Part shown: positions 1-8,441 of the stretch, piece after piece
Position numbering within the stretch: position 1 is the first letter of the stretch
How the letters are laid out: every line of letters begins with the position of its first letter
From: Longimicrobiales bacterium
Lineage (GTDB): Bacteria > Gemmatimonadota > Gemmatimonadetes > Longimicrobiales > Gaopeijiaceae
Assembly (NCBI GenBank): GCA_041690395.1
Contig: JAWLHJ010000003.1
Span: forward strand, 1-64,000
DNA length: 64,000 nt
Reading direction: 5' to 3'
Made by a program: the position numbers and the translations under genes
The notes under the pieces: model-generated
What the model was told of the DNA's origin: nothing
Database searches by the model: none
The model's input: only the letters and a program-made list of their open reading frames with translations

Positions 1-1
1 G

Positions 2-172
2 GGAGCGACGATCTGCATGGTGACGCACGATCCGCGCTACGCCGAGGTGGCCGACCGGGCCATCCACCTCTTCGACGGCCAGGTCGTCAGCGAGGACGAC
101 GTGCGGCGGGCGCACGAGCTCGAGGAGGCGGGGTTCGACATGCACCGCCCATCGGACTCGTCGAACGCCTGA
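2..172 (+). CDS. ABC transporter ATP-binding protein, LolD/MacB-type (C-terminal fragment, truncated by window edge)
   Basis: Frame 2 reads GATICMVTHDPRYAEVADRAIHLFDGQVV..., with the H-loop VTHD of MacB/LolD ATPases; stop TGA 170-172. Confidence 0.8.
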   Translation, partial: GATICMVTHDPRYAEVADRAIHLFDGQVVSEDDVRRAHELEEAGFDMHRPSDSSNA

Positions 173-196
173 GCACCGGCGGTTCCCCGGGCAGCG

Positions 197-241
197 GAGG
201 CCGGCTTCCTCGTCCGCGAGGGGGTCGGCCTCTCTTCCTTT
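197..241 (+). terminator. Putative intrinsic terminator
   Basis: Hairpin GAGGCCGGCTTCCTCG-tccg-CGAGGGGGTCGGCCTC followed by pyrimidine tail TCTTCCTTT. Confidence 0.5.
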
Positions 242-314
242 CGGGTGGCTGCCGGGTACTTTCGCGGGGGGCCCGTCCCCGCATCATCCACGAACGTGAA
301 GGGAGGTCGAGCGC

Positions 315-983
315 GTGATCAGGATCAAGAACGTCGAGAAGTCGTACAAGACGGGAGCGGGCGAGACGTTCGTCCTCCGCAGGATCTCGGCCGACATCGA
401 GACCGGGGAGTTCGTGACGATCATGGGGCCGTCGGGCGCCGGGAAGTCGACGCTGCTCTCCATTCTGGGCATGCTCGACGCCGACTGGCGCGGGGAGTAT
501 TACCTGTTCGGCGAGCCGGTGCACGCCATGAAGCCGCGCTCCCGGATCGAGCTCGGGAAGCGCTACGTCGGCTTCGTCTTCCAGCAGTACCACCTTCTGG
601 ACGACCTGACGGTGTACGAGAATCTCGAGATCCCGCTCTCCTACAGGAACGTGAAGCGCAAGGACCGACAGGCGATCGTCGCGGACACGCTCGACCGCTT
701 CCAGATCGTGGGCAAGAAGGACCTCTATCCGAGCCAGCTCTCGGGTGGCCAGCAACAGCTCGTGGCCGTGGCTCGCGCCGTGATCGCCGAGCCGACCGTC
801 ATCCTCGCGGACGAGCCCACCGGCAGCCTGCACTCGAGCCAGGGGCGTATGATCATGGATCTCCTGAAGGAGCTCAATGAGGAGGGCACCACGGTGATCC
901 AGGTGACGCACAACGAGGAGTACGCGAAGTACGGGAACCGGATCGTGGAGCTCAAAGACGGGTGGATCGTGGACGAATCGTGA
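315..983 (+). CDS. ABC transporter ATP-binding protein (LolD/MacB family)
   Basis: Walker A GPSGAGKS, signature LSGGQQQ, Walker B ILADEPTG, H-loop VTH; GGAGG RBS before the GTG start. Confidence 0.93.
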   Translation: MIRIKNVEKSYKTGAGETFVLRRISADIETGEFVTIMGPSGAGKSTLLSILGMLDADWRGEYYLFGEPVHAMKPRSRIELGKRYVGFVFQQYHLLDDLTVYENLEIPLSYRNVKRKDRQAIVADTLDRFQIVGKKDLYPSQLSGGQQQLVAVARAVIAEPTVILADEPTGSLHSSQGRMIMDLLKELNEEGTTVIQVTHNEEYAKYGNRIVELKDGWIVDES

Positions 984-2347
984 CTCCTGCTCCCCGCATA
1001 CTGGTCGCGGACGACCAGCAGGACGTGCTCGAGGCGCTCCGCATGCTGCTCAAGGCGGAGGGCTTCGAGATGACGGCGGCTTCGTCGCCGGCGGGCGTGG
1101 TGAAGGCCGTCCAACGGGGAGACTTCGACCTCGTGCTGATCGACCTGAACTATACCCGCGACACGACGTCCGGTAGGGAGGGCCTCGACCTCATCACCTC
1201 GGTGCGCGAGTTGGACCCGACCGTGCCCATCGTCGTCATGACCGCGTGGGGGAGCGTGGAGGGCGCCGTCGAGGCCATGCGCCGGGGGGCACGCGATTAC
1301 ATCGAGAAGCCGTGGGACAACGAGCGGATCCTCACTACGCTCCGGACCCATGTCGAGCTGGGCCGGGCGCTGCGCCGGAGCCAGCTGCTCGAGGGCGAGA
1401 ACATCCGCCTCAAGGGGGAGGGGGCCCCGGAGCTCATCGCGACGTCCAAGGCGATGCAGCCCGTGCTCGACGTCATCGACCGGGTTGGCCCGTCCGACGC
1501 GAACGTCCTGATCGTCGGCGAGCACGGCACCGGCAAGGAAGTGGTGGCGCGTTGGCTGCATGCGGTGTCCGAGCGAGCCAGGAAGCCGATGATCGCGGTG
1601 AACGCCGGAGGCTTCAGCGAGGGCGTGTTCGAGAGCGAGCTGTTCGGCCACGTACGTGGGGCGTTCACCGACGCGAAGGGCGACCGGGTGGGGTGCTTCG
1701 AGCTCGCGGAGGGCGGCACACTCTTCCTCGACGAGATCGCGAACGTGCCGCTCCAACAGCAGGCGAAGCTGCTCCGTGTGCTCGAGACGGGCGAGATCCA
1801 GCGGGTCGGGTCGTCGAAGGTGCGGAAGGTCGACGTGCGGGTCCTGTCGGCCACGAACGCCAACCTCGGAGAGGCCGTCGCGTCGGGCGATTTCCGGGAG
1901 GACCTTCTCTATCGACTCAACACGGTGGAGATCAGGATTCCGCCGCTCCGTGACCGGCGCGAGGACATCCTCCCGCTGGCTCGGCATTTCCTGGGCAAAC
2001 AGGCCAAGCGGTACGACCGCGACCTCGACGGGTTTTCTCCGTCCGCGGAGGAATCGCTCATGAGGCACTCGTGGCCCGGCAACGTCCGGGAGCTCCAGCA
2101 CTCGGTGGAGCGGTCGGTGCTCATGGCCCGTGGGTCCCGCATCGAGGCGTCGGACCTCGGGCTGCGGCGTCGTGACGAAGGGTCGGCGCCGATGGACGAG
2201 CTCACCCTGGACGAGGCCGAGCGAGTGCTCATCGAGAAGGCGCTCGAGCGGTATCAGGGAAACGTGAGCAAGGCCGCCGAAGCGCTGGGGCTGAGCCGCA
2301 GCGCGCTGTACCGGAGGCTCCAACGCCACGACATCGACGCGGGGTAG
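980..2347 (+). CDS. Sigma-54-dependent NtrC-family response regulator
   Basis: REC domain (ILVADD...LIDLN), AAA+ GEHGTGKE, GAFTDA variant of GAFTGA, LFLDEI, C-terminal Fis HTH. GTG at 980 overlaps the upstream stop. Confidence 0.93.
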   Translation: MTPAPRILVADDQQDVLEALRMLLKAEGFEMTAASSPAGVVKAVQRGDFDLVLIDLNYTRDTTSGREGLDLITSVRELDPTVPIVVMTAWGSVEGAVEAMRRGARDYIEKPWDNERILTTLRTHVELGRALRRSQLLEGENIRLKGEGAPELIATSKAMQPVLDVIDRVGPSDANVLIVGEHGTGKEVVARWLHAVSERARKPMIAVNAGGFSEGVFESELFGHVRGAFTDAKGDRVGCFELAEGGTLFLDEIANVPLQQQAKLLRVLETGEIQRVGSSKVRKVDVRVLSATNANLGEAVASGDFREDLLYRLNTVEIRIPPLRDRREDILPLARHFLGKQAKRYDRDLDGFSPSAEESLMRHSWPGNVRELQHSVERSVLMARGSRIEASDLGLRRRDEGSAPMDELTLDEAERVLIEKALERYQGNVSKAAEALGLSRSALYRRLQRHDIDAG

Positions 2348-2354
2348 CGGCGAC

Positions 2355-3698
2355 ATGAGCGGCATCTGGCGTCGGCTCGGGCATGACACCCGCGTGACGC
2401 TGCTCGCGCTGCTCACCGGGCTGCCGGGCGTCGCCCTGTCGCTGATCCTGCTCTGGTCCGGAGAGCTCGCCGTGGAACTCCGGTGGACGCTCACCACGGT
2501 CGTGGTCGGGGCCTGGACGGGGCTCGCGCTCGCGCTCCGGGAGCACGTGGTCCGGCCGCTGGGCACGCTCGCCAACATGCTCGCGGCCCTCCGCGAGGGC
2601 GACTTCTCGATCCGCGCCCGCGTGGTGGACGCCACCGACCCGCTCTCCCTCGTGTACCACGAGGTCAACGCCCTCGAGGAGCTCCTCAGGAACCAACGGC
2701 TCGGCGCCGTCGAGGCCACCGAGACGCTCCGCAAGGTGCTCGAGGAGATCGACGTCGCGGTCTTCGCCTTCGACCCCGAGGGTACGCTGCGCATCGTCAA
2801 CCGGGCGGGAGAGCGCCTCCTCGCCCAACCCGCGGACCGGCTCATCGGGCGTGCGGCCGTCGACCTGCGGCTCGACGACACACTCCAGGGCATCGCACCG
2901 CGGACGCTCGAGGTCTCCTTCCCGGGGGGCACGGGGCGGTGGGAGCTCCGGCGCAGCGTCGTCCGCCAGGAGGGCTCCCGCCTCCAACTGATCGCCCTGT
3001 CCGATCTGAGCCGTGCGCTGCGCGAGGAAGAGCGGCAGGCGTGGAAGCGCATCATCCGTGTGCTGTCCCACGAGATCAACAACTCCCTCACACCCATCAA
3101 GTCGATCTCGGGCAGCCTCAGGTCGCTGCTCGCCAAGAGCGACCTCCCGCCGGAGCTGGGTGACGACGCCGAGCGCGGGCTCTCCATCATCTCGAACCGG
3201 GCCGAATCTCTCGGGCGCTTCATGGCCTCGTACACGCGACTCGCCCGGCTCCCGAAGCCCGAGCTCGCCCCCGTCCGGGTCGCCGAGCTCGTGCGCGGGG
3301 TGGCCGATCTGGAGACGCGCCTCCTGGTCGAGGTGGTCTCCGGACCCGACCTCACGATCCACGCCGACCCGGACCAGCTCGAGCAAGCGCTGATCAACCT
3401 GGTCCGGAACGCGGTCGATGCGACGTTGGAGTCCGGCACCGGCGGTGGTGTCTCGATCCGTTGGCTGAGCCGTAACGGGAAGGTCCACGTGGTCGTCGAA
3501 GACGAGGGCCCGGGGCTCGCGGACACGGGCAATCTCTTCGTCCCGTTCTACACGACGAAGCCCGGGGGATCCGGCATCGGCCTCGTGCTGTCCCGCCAGA
3601 TCGTGGAGGCCCACGGCGGAACGCTGGTGCTCGAGGGCCGCGGCCGGCACGCGGGGGCCCAGGCCCGACTCGTGCTGCCCGTCGATCCGACGGAGTGA
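2355..3698 (+). CDS. Membrane sensor histidine kinase (PAS + HisKA + HATPase)
   Basis: Two N-terminal TM segments, H-box LSHEINNSL, N-box NLVRNA, G-boxes DEGPG and GSGIGL. Confidence 0.92.
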   Translation: MSGIWRRLGHDTRVTLLALLTGLPGVALSLILLWSGELAVELRWTLTTVVVGAWTGLALALREHVVRPLGTLANMLAALREGDFSIRARVVDATDPLSLVYHEVNALEELLRNQRLGAVEATETLRKVLEEIDVAVFAFDPEGTLRIVNRAGERLLAQPADRLIGRAAVDLRLDDTLQGIAPRTLEVSFPGGTGRWELRRSVVRQEGSRLQLIALSDLSRALREEERQAWKRIIRVLSHEINNSLTPIKSISGSLRSLLAKSDLPPELGDDAERGLSIISNRAESLGRFMASYTRLARLPKPELAPVRVAELVRGVADLETRLLVEVVSGPDLTIHADPDQLEQALINLVRNAVDATLESGTGGGVSIRWLSRNGKVHVVVEDEGPGLADTGNLFVPFYTTKPGGSGIGLVLSRQIVEAHGGTLVLEGRGRHAGAQARLVLPVDPTE

Positions 3699-3749
3699 GC
3701 TCGGTGGGCGGTCGGTCGCGCACGGCGGGCCGCCCGCCCCGCCCCTCAC

Positions 3750-3775
3750 GCAACCGTTCCTCCGAACCCTGTGTC
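3750..3775 (+). promoter_or_regulatory. Possible ECF-type (autoregulated) promoter
   Basis: GCAACC-N16-TGTC upstream of the ECF sigma gene resembles the AAC.../GTC ECF pattern. Inference only. Confidence 0.3.
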
Positions 3776-3825
3776 CCACGGGGTGAGAAGAGAGAACACG
3801 TCGATTCGCGAGGACTCCGCTTCCG

Positions 3826-4371
3826 TTGACAGAACTCGAATGGGCCGAGCAGGCCCGCAACGGTGACGAGCGCGCGTTCCGACGTCTCTACGATGCCAAC
3901 GTGGACCGGATCTACCGACTCATGTATCGGATGGCGGGCGAGGAGCATCTGGCGAAGGACTTCACGCAGGAGGCGTTCCTCCGTGCGTACCGGAAGCTCG
4001 ACCAGTTCAGGGGGGACGCGAAGTTCTCCACCTGGCTTCATTCGATTGCCGTGTCCGTGGCCCTGAACGGCATCCGCAAGGCCGATCGGCACCGCAAGCG
4101 CGAGCACGCGCTGGACGACGTGTCCGGAAGCCTGGCGGCCGCTCCATCGAAGCGCGCGGAGCCGGGGGTGCGGGAACGGATCGAGGCGGCCGTCGACGAG
4201 CTTCCGGACATCTACCGCACGGTCTTCCTGATGCACGATCTGGAGGGGTACGGCCACGGTGAGATCGCGACATCGCTGGGCGTGGCCGAGGGAACTTCGA
4301 AGGCACGTCTGTCACGCGCCAGGGCCAAGCTGCGCGAAGCGTTGGGCGATGCCATGCAGGAGTACGTATGA
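3826..4371 (+). CDS. ECF RNA polymerase sigma-70 factor
   Basis: Region 2 (AKDFTQEAFLRAY...FSTWLHSIA) and region 4 (EIATSLGVAEGTSKARLSRAR); TTG start after GAGGA. Confidence 0.92.
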   Translation: MTELEWAEQARNGDERAFRRLYDANVDRIYRLMYRMAGEEHLAKDFTQEAFLRAYRKLDQFRGDAKFSTWLHSIAVSVALNGIRKADRHRKREHALDDVSGSLAAAPSKRAEPGVRERIEAAVDELPDIYRTVFLMHDLEGYGHGEIATSLGVAEGTSKARLSRARAKLREALGDAMQEYV

Positions 4372-5129
4372 CGAACGATCGGCACGAGGACGGACGGGAT
4401 CCGGCTGAGCCAGGACCCGCCCCGGAATGGGTGGATGCGGTGCGCGACACGTACCACGCCCCTCCGGAGGCCCCGCGGGAGGACATGTGGGCGGCCATCC
4501 GGGCGGGCATGGCCGCGTCGGACGGCCCGGGAAGGGCCACGGACGAGGTCGTGGACCTCGCCCGCGAGCGTGCCCGTAGGGAGGCTGGGGGCGGATCGAC
4601 GTGGCCCCGGCTGCTCAGCTCGCCGGCCAGGTGGGCCGTGGCGGCTGCCGCGCTCCTGGTGCTCGGTATCGGCATCGGTCGGTGGTCGGCCACGACAGGC
4701 CTCGTGCCGCCGACCGGCACGACGAGCGGGCCGGCCGGAGGGACCGTCGCCGAGGCCCCGGCGCGCGATGCGTCGGGTCTCGAGCTCGCGGCCCGCATGC
4801 ACTTCGGCCGCACGGAGTCCCTCCTCGCGACGGTCCGCTCGGACGCGCGGACGGGACGGGTCGATGAGTCGGTGGGGCCGTGGGCCCGGACGCTCCTGTC
4901 GCAGACCCGGCTCCTCATGGACGCGCGGGGTGAGGCGCACGACGACGTGCAGCAGCTCCTGTCGGATCTGGAGCTCGTGCTGGTGCAGGTACTGGGCGCG
5001 ACCGAGGCCAGCGGGATGGACGAAGAACGGGCGCGCGAGGAGTTGGACCTGATGATCCGGAGCCTGGAGCGAGGGGAGATCCTGCCACGCATCCGCTCGG
5101 CGGCGCCGAGCACGATGGCTGGAGCGTGA
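4368..5129 (+). CDS. Putative single-pass anti-sigma factor
   Basis: Overlaps the sigma stop (ATGA); single TM WAVAAAALLVLGIGIG followed by a helical C-terminal domain. Confidence 0.65.
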   Translation: MTNDRHEDGRDPAEPGPAPEWVDAVRDTYHAPPEAPREDMWAAIRAGMAASDGPGRATDEVVDLARERARREAGGGSTWPRLLSSPARWAVAAAALLVLGIGIGRWSATTGLVPPTGTTSGPAGGTVAEAPARDASGLELAARMHFGRTESLLATVRSDARTGRVDESVGPWARTLLSQTRLLMDARGEAHDDVQQLLSDLELVLVQVLGATEASGMDEERAREELDLMIRSLERGEILPRIRSAAPSTMAGA

Positions 5130-5136
5130 ATCGAAT

Positions 5137-6597
5137 ATGAGAGACACAAAGGGAGGTCGAGCGATGGGTGGACGGGTGAGGACGAGCGTTCGGAGCGTGG
5201 CGGTCGCGATGGTCGTGATCGCCGGTGGCTTCGGTGCGGGTGAGATCGCGGGTCAGGATTCCGGGCCCAGGTGGGTGGGACCCGAGTCGGGGCTCGGCGA
5301 GGCGCGGTCGGCCGCGAGGATGGCCGGCCGGGAGGACGCGCTCGCGCCCGCACCTTGGCTTCAGGAAGACCCGGGAGCCCGGAGCTATCAACAGGCTCGC
5401 GACCTGCTGGCGCGCGGCCGGTACGACGCGGCGGCTCGAGCGTTCGCGGAGCTCCGCGAGGAGCACCCGCAGTCCGGGTACGTGCCCGACTCCTTCTACT
5501 GGGAGGCCTTCGCGCGGTCCCGGGACGGTGGCCCCGCGCAGCTGCGGAGGGCGGTGGATCTTCTTGCGCTCCAGGCCGAGCGTCATCCCGGCGCGGCCAC
5601 GCTCGAGGACGCCAGCGCGCTGCGGGTGAGGATCGAGGGAGAGCTGGCCCGCCGGGGCGACGCGCGAGCCGCTGCGGTCATCGCCCAGGAGGCGCAGGTT
5701 CCGTGCGGCCCGGGACACGAGACCCGGCTGGCCGCGTTGTCGGCGCTCATGAACATGAACGAGGACCAGGCGCTGCCCATCCTGCAGGACGTCCTGCGGC
5801 AGCGCGACGCCTGCAGCGCCGAGCTCCGCGCCAGGGCGGTGTTCCTCATCGCGCAGAAGCCCACCGGAGAATCGGTCGACATCCTGCTCGACCTCGCGCA
5901 CCGTGATCCCGACCCTGATCCGGAGGTCCGCGGCCAGGCCGTCTTCTGGCTCCACCAGGTCAGGACGCCGGAAGCGCTCGCGGCGCTCGAAGCGATCCTC
6001 GCGGAGAGCGACGACCCGGAGATCCAGGAGCAGGCCCTCTTCGGTATCGCGCAGCGGACCGGCGACGCGCGGGCCATGGAGGCGCTGCGCGGATATGCGT
6101 CGCGCTCGGACGTGCCGGAAGAGCTGCGAGGTAACGCGATCTTCTGGATCGGGCAGAACACGAGCGCGGGGGGCGCCGACTACCTCATCGGTCTGTACCC
6201 GGCGCTCGACGATCCGGAGCTGAAGGAGAACGCCCTGTTCGCCATCGCACAGAGCGGGTCGGACGCGGCGCGGACCTGGCTGCTGGAGCGCGCACGTGAT
6301 CCGTCGGAGGACATGGACGTGCGCATGAACGCCCTCTTCTGGGCGGGCCAGTCCGGAACGCTACCCGAGTCCGAGATCGATCTCCGCTCCCTGTTCGACA
6401 GCTTCGAGGACAGCGAGATGCGCGCCCAGGTGGTCTTCGTCGCGGCCCAGAGGGGATCGGAGTCGGATATCGACTTCCTCATGGACGTGGCCCGGAGCGC
6501 CGAAGACGCCGAGCTGCGCCAGAACGCGATCTTCTGGCTCGGCCAGAGTGACGATCCGCGGGTGCCCGAGTTCCTGATGTCACTGCTCCGCGGATGA
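5137..6597 (+). CDS. Exported TPR/BamD-like + HEAT-repeat protein
   Basis: Signal-like N-terminus, TPR-like YQQARDLLARGRYDAAARAF...YW, about 8 repeats of the type (N/Q)AxF(W/A)xxQ. The start may be 5164. Confidence 0.75.
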   Translation: MRDTKGGRAMGGRVRTSVRSVAVAMVVIAGGFGAGEIAGQDSGPRWVGPESGLGEARSAARMAGREDALAPAPWLQEDPGARSYQQARDLLARGRYDAAARAFAELREEHPQSGYVPDSFYWEAFARSRDGGPAQLRRAVDLLALQAERHPGAATLEDASALRVRIEGELARRGDARAAAVIAQEAQVPCGPGHETRLAALSALMNMNEDQALPILQDVLRQRDACSAELRARAVFLIAQKPTGESVDILLDLAHRDPDPDPEVRGQAVFWLHQVRTPEALAALEAILAESDDPEIQEQALFGIAQRTGDARAMEALRGYASRSDVPEELRGNAIFWIGQNTSAGGADYLIGLYPALDDPELKENALFAIAQSGSDAARTWLLERARDPSEDMDVRMNALFWAGQSGTLPESEIDLRSLFDSFEDSEMRAQVVFVAAQRGSESDIDFLMDVARSAEDAELRQNAIFWLGQSDDPRVPEFLMSLLRG

Positions 6598-7418
6598 GGC
6601 GGCCGTGGGGGAAGGGCGGGGTGGCGGGCGCGCTGGCGCTCGCCGCCCTGGCTCTCGGCTCGGGCCCGGTCGCGGGGCAGATCGTCGAGGCCGCGCGGTC
6701 GGTCGGGGACGGGAGCCTCACCTTCTCGTACCCGGTTCGGCCGGGAACCCGGATCTGCGGCGGGACGAGGGGCGGGATCTCCGTGACCGACGGCGTCCGG
6801 ATCTCACGTGATGAAGTCGGCGAGCGGGGCGAGCGGGACTGTCGTGAAGGCTCGGCGCTCCTCGAGGTCACGCTCACGGGAGGGCTTCCGACCGATGTCT
6901 CGCTGCTGGCGCCTGGGCGATCGTCGGCTCCGGGGAGCCGTGAGCTGGGCCGCGTCGCGGCGGAGGTGGCGGTCCGCTGGCTACTCGACGAGGTCGTCCG
7001 CGCGGACCCGCCCCTGGACCGGGAGGCCGTCGAGGGAGCGTTGGTGGCGGCGGTGATCGCGGACTCGGTCGTCGTGTGGCCGGACCTCCTCGAGATCGCG
7101 CGGGACCGTGACGCCCCTGCAAGGACGAGGAAGAGCGCGATCTTCTGGCTCGGGCAGGAGGCCGCCGACGTGGTGACCGAAGAGCTCGTGGCCACGGCCG
7201 GGGACGACTCGGAGGCCGCGGATATCCGGGAAGCCGCCGTGTTCGCCATCTCGCAGGGTGATCCCGCGGAGAGCGTTCCGGCCCTGATGACGCTCGCGCG
7301 CGAGGCGCCGGCGGCGGACACCCGGCGCTCGGCGCTCTTCTGGCTGGCCCAGTCCGACGACCCACGGGTGCCCGCGTTCTTCGGCGAGATCCTGAGAGGT
7401 GGTCCGGGAGACCTCTAG
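6594..7418 (+). CDS. Exported HEAT-repeat protein
   Basis: Signal peptide; repeats SAIFWLGQ, AAVFAISQ, SALFWLAQ; C-terminus paralogous to the upstream gene. Confidence 0.75.
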   Translation: MRRPWGKGGVAGALALAALALGSGPVAGQIVEAARSVGDGSLTFSYPVRPGTRICGGTRGGISVTDGVRISRDEVGERGERDCREGSALLEVTLTGGLPTDVSLLAPGRSSAPGSRELGRVAAEVAVRWLLDEVVRADPPLDREAVEGALVAAVIADSVVVWPDLLEIARDRDAPARTRKSAIFWLGQEAADVVTEELVATAGDDSEAADIREAAVFAISQGDPAESVPALMTLAREAPAADTRRSALFWLAQSDDPRVPAFFGEILRGGPGDL

Positions 7419-7538
7419 CGCCGCATGGTAGGGAGCGGGGCACCGCGTTCGCCGTGACATCGCGGGCGTTCGCACGTTACCTTCTGCGGTGGCACCCACA
7501 GACGTCGGCTCCTGAACCGCCTCCCGGGGACGATCTCC

Positions 7539-8441
7539 TTGCTGCAGCGGCCCATCAAAGTGTTGCTGGTCGAAGGCGACCAGTCCTATCACGACGAGCT
7601 CGCGTCCGAGCTCGCCGAGGTCGAGAACGCCGGGGTGAAGCTGGAGTGGGCCGGGGAGTTGAGCCAGGCGCTAGCGCGTCTCACGCGCGGTGGCCTCGAC
7701 GCGATCCTCCTGTCGCTCGATCTTCCGGACAGCGACGGGATGGTGACCTTCGACCGGGCCTACGCGTTCAGCCCGGACGTGCCGATCGTCGTGCTCACGG
7801 ACGAGCCGGACGAGGCCACCGCCACGGCCACCGTCCAGGCCGGAGCGCAGGACTATCTCGTGAAGAGCGAGATCACGACGGGCCTTCTCGTCCGCTCGTT
7901 GCGGCACGCGGTCGAGCGGCATCGGCTCTTTTCGGCGCTGCGTAGCCTCTCGCTCATCGACGACCTCACGGGCCTGTACAATCGGCGGGGATTCTCCGAC
8001 CTGGGGGAGCAGTACCTGAAGCTGGCTCGGCGGTCGGGACGGGGCGTGACGATGGTCTTCGTGGACCTCGATCGGTTCAAGACGATCAACGATTCGCTCG
8101 GCCACCACGTCGGCGACCGGGCACTCGTGAAGGTGGCCGACATTCTCCGGGCGACGTTCCGCCGCTCGGACATCATCGCCCGTCTCGGCGGGGACGAGTT
8201 CGGCGTGCTCGCGCTCGAGGCATCGGACGAGAGCTCGGAATCCCTGGTGGATCGATTGAGGGAGCGTGTGAAGGAGTTCAACAGTGCCAGTCCCGAGCCC
8301 TACCAGCTCGCGATCAGCGTGGGCATGGCCCGCCAGGAGGACGAGCCGAGCGTGAGGCTCGACGACCTGGTGGCCGCCGCGGACAGCGCCATGTACCGAG
8401 AGAAGCACGATAAGCGCGCGGCGACGTTGAGAGGACGATGA
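7539..8441 (+). CDS. REC-GGDEF diguanylate cyclase
   Basis: N-terminal receiver fold, DDLTGLYNRR, DLDRFKTIND, I-site RRSD, intact GGDEF. Confidence 0.9.
   Translation: MLQRPIKVLLVEGDQSYHDELASELAEVENAGVKLEWAGELSQALARLTRGGLDAILLSLDLPDSDGMVTFDRAYAFSPDVPIVVLTDEPDEATATATVQAGAQDYLVKSEITTGLLVRSLRHAVERHRLFSALRSLSLIDDLTGLYNRRGFSDLGEQYLKLARRSGRGVTMVFVDLDRFKTINDSLGHHVGDRALVKVADILRATFRRSDIIARLGGDEFGVLALEASDESSESLVDRLRERVKEFNSASPEPYQLAISVGMARQEDEPSVRLDDLVAAADSAMYREKHDKRAATLRGR

Noticed and set aside
725..3532. Very long antisense ORFs (e.g. 725-3532, 23433-25376, 51400-53880, 59565-61910)
   Set aside because: Shadow ORFs opposite well-supported genes, as expected from high-GC codon bias; no recognisable motifs.
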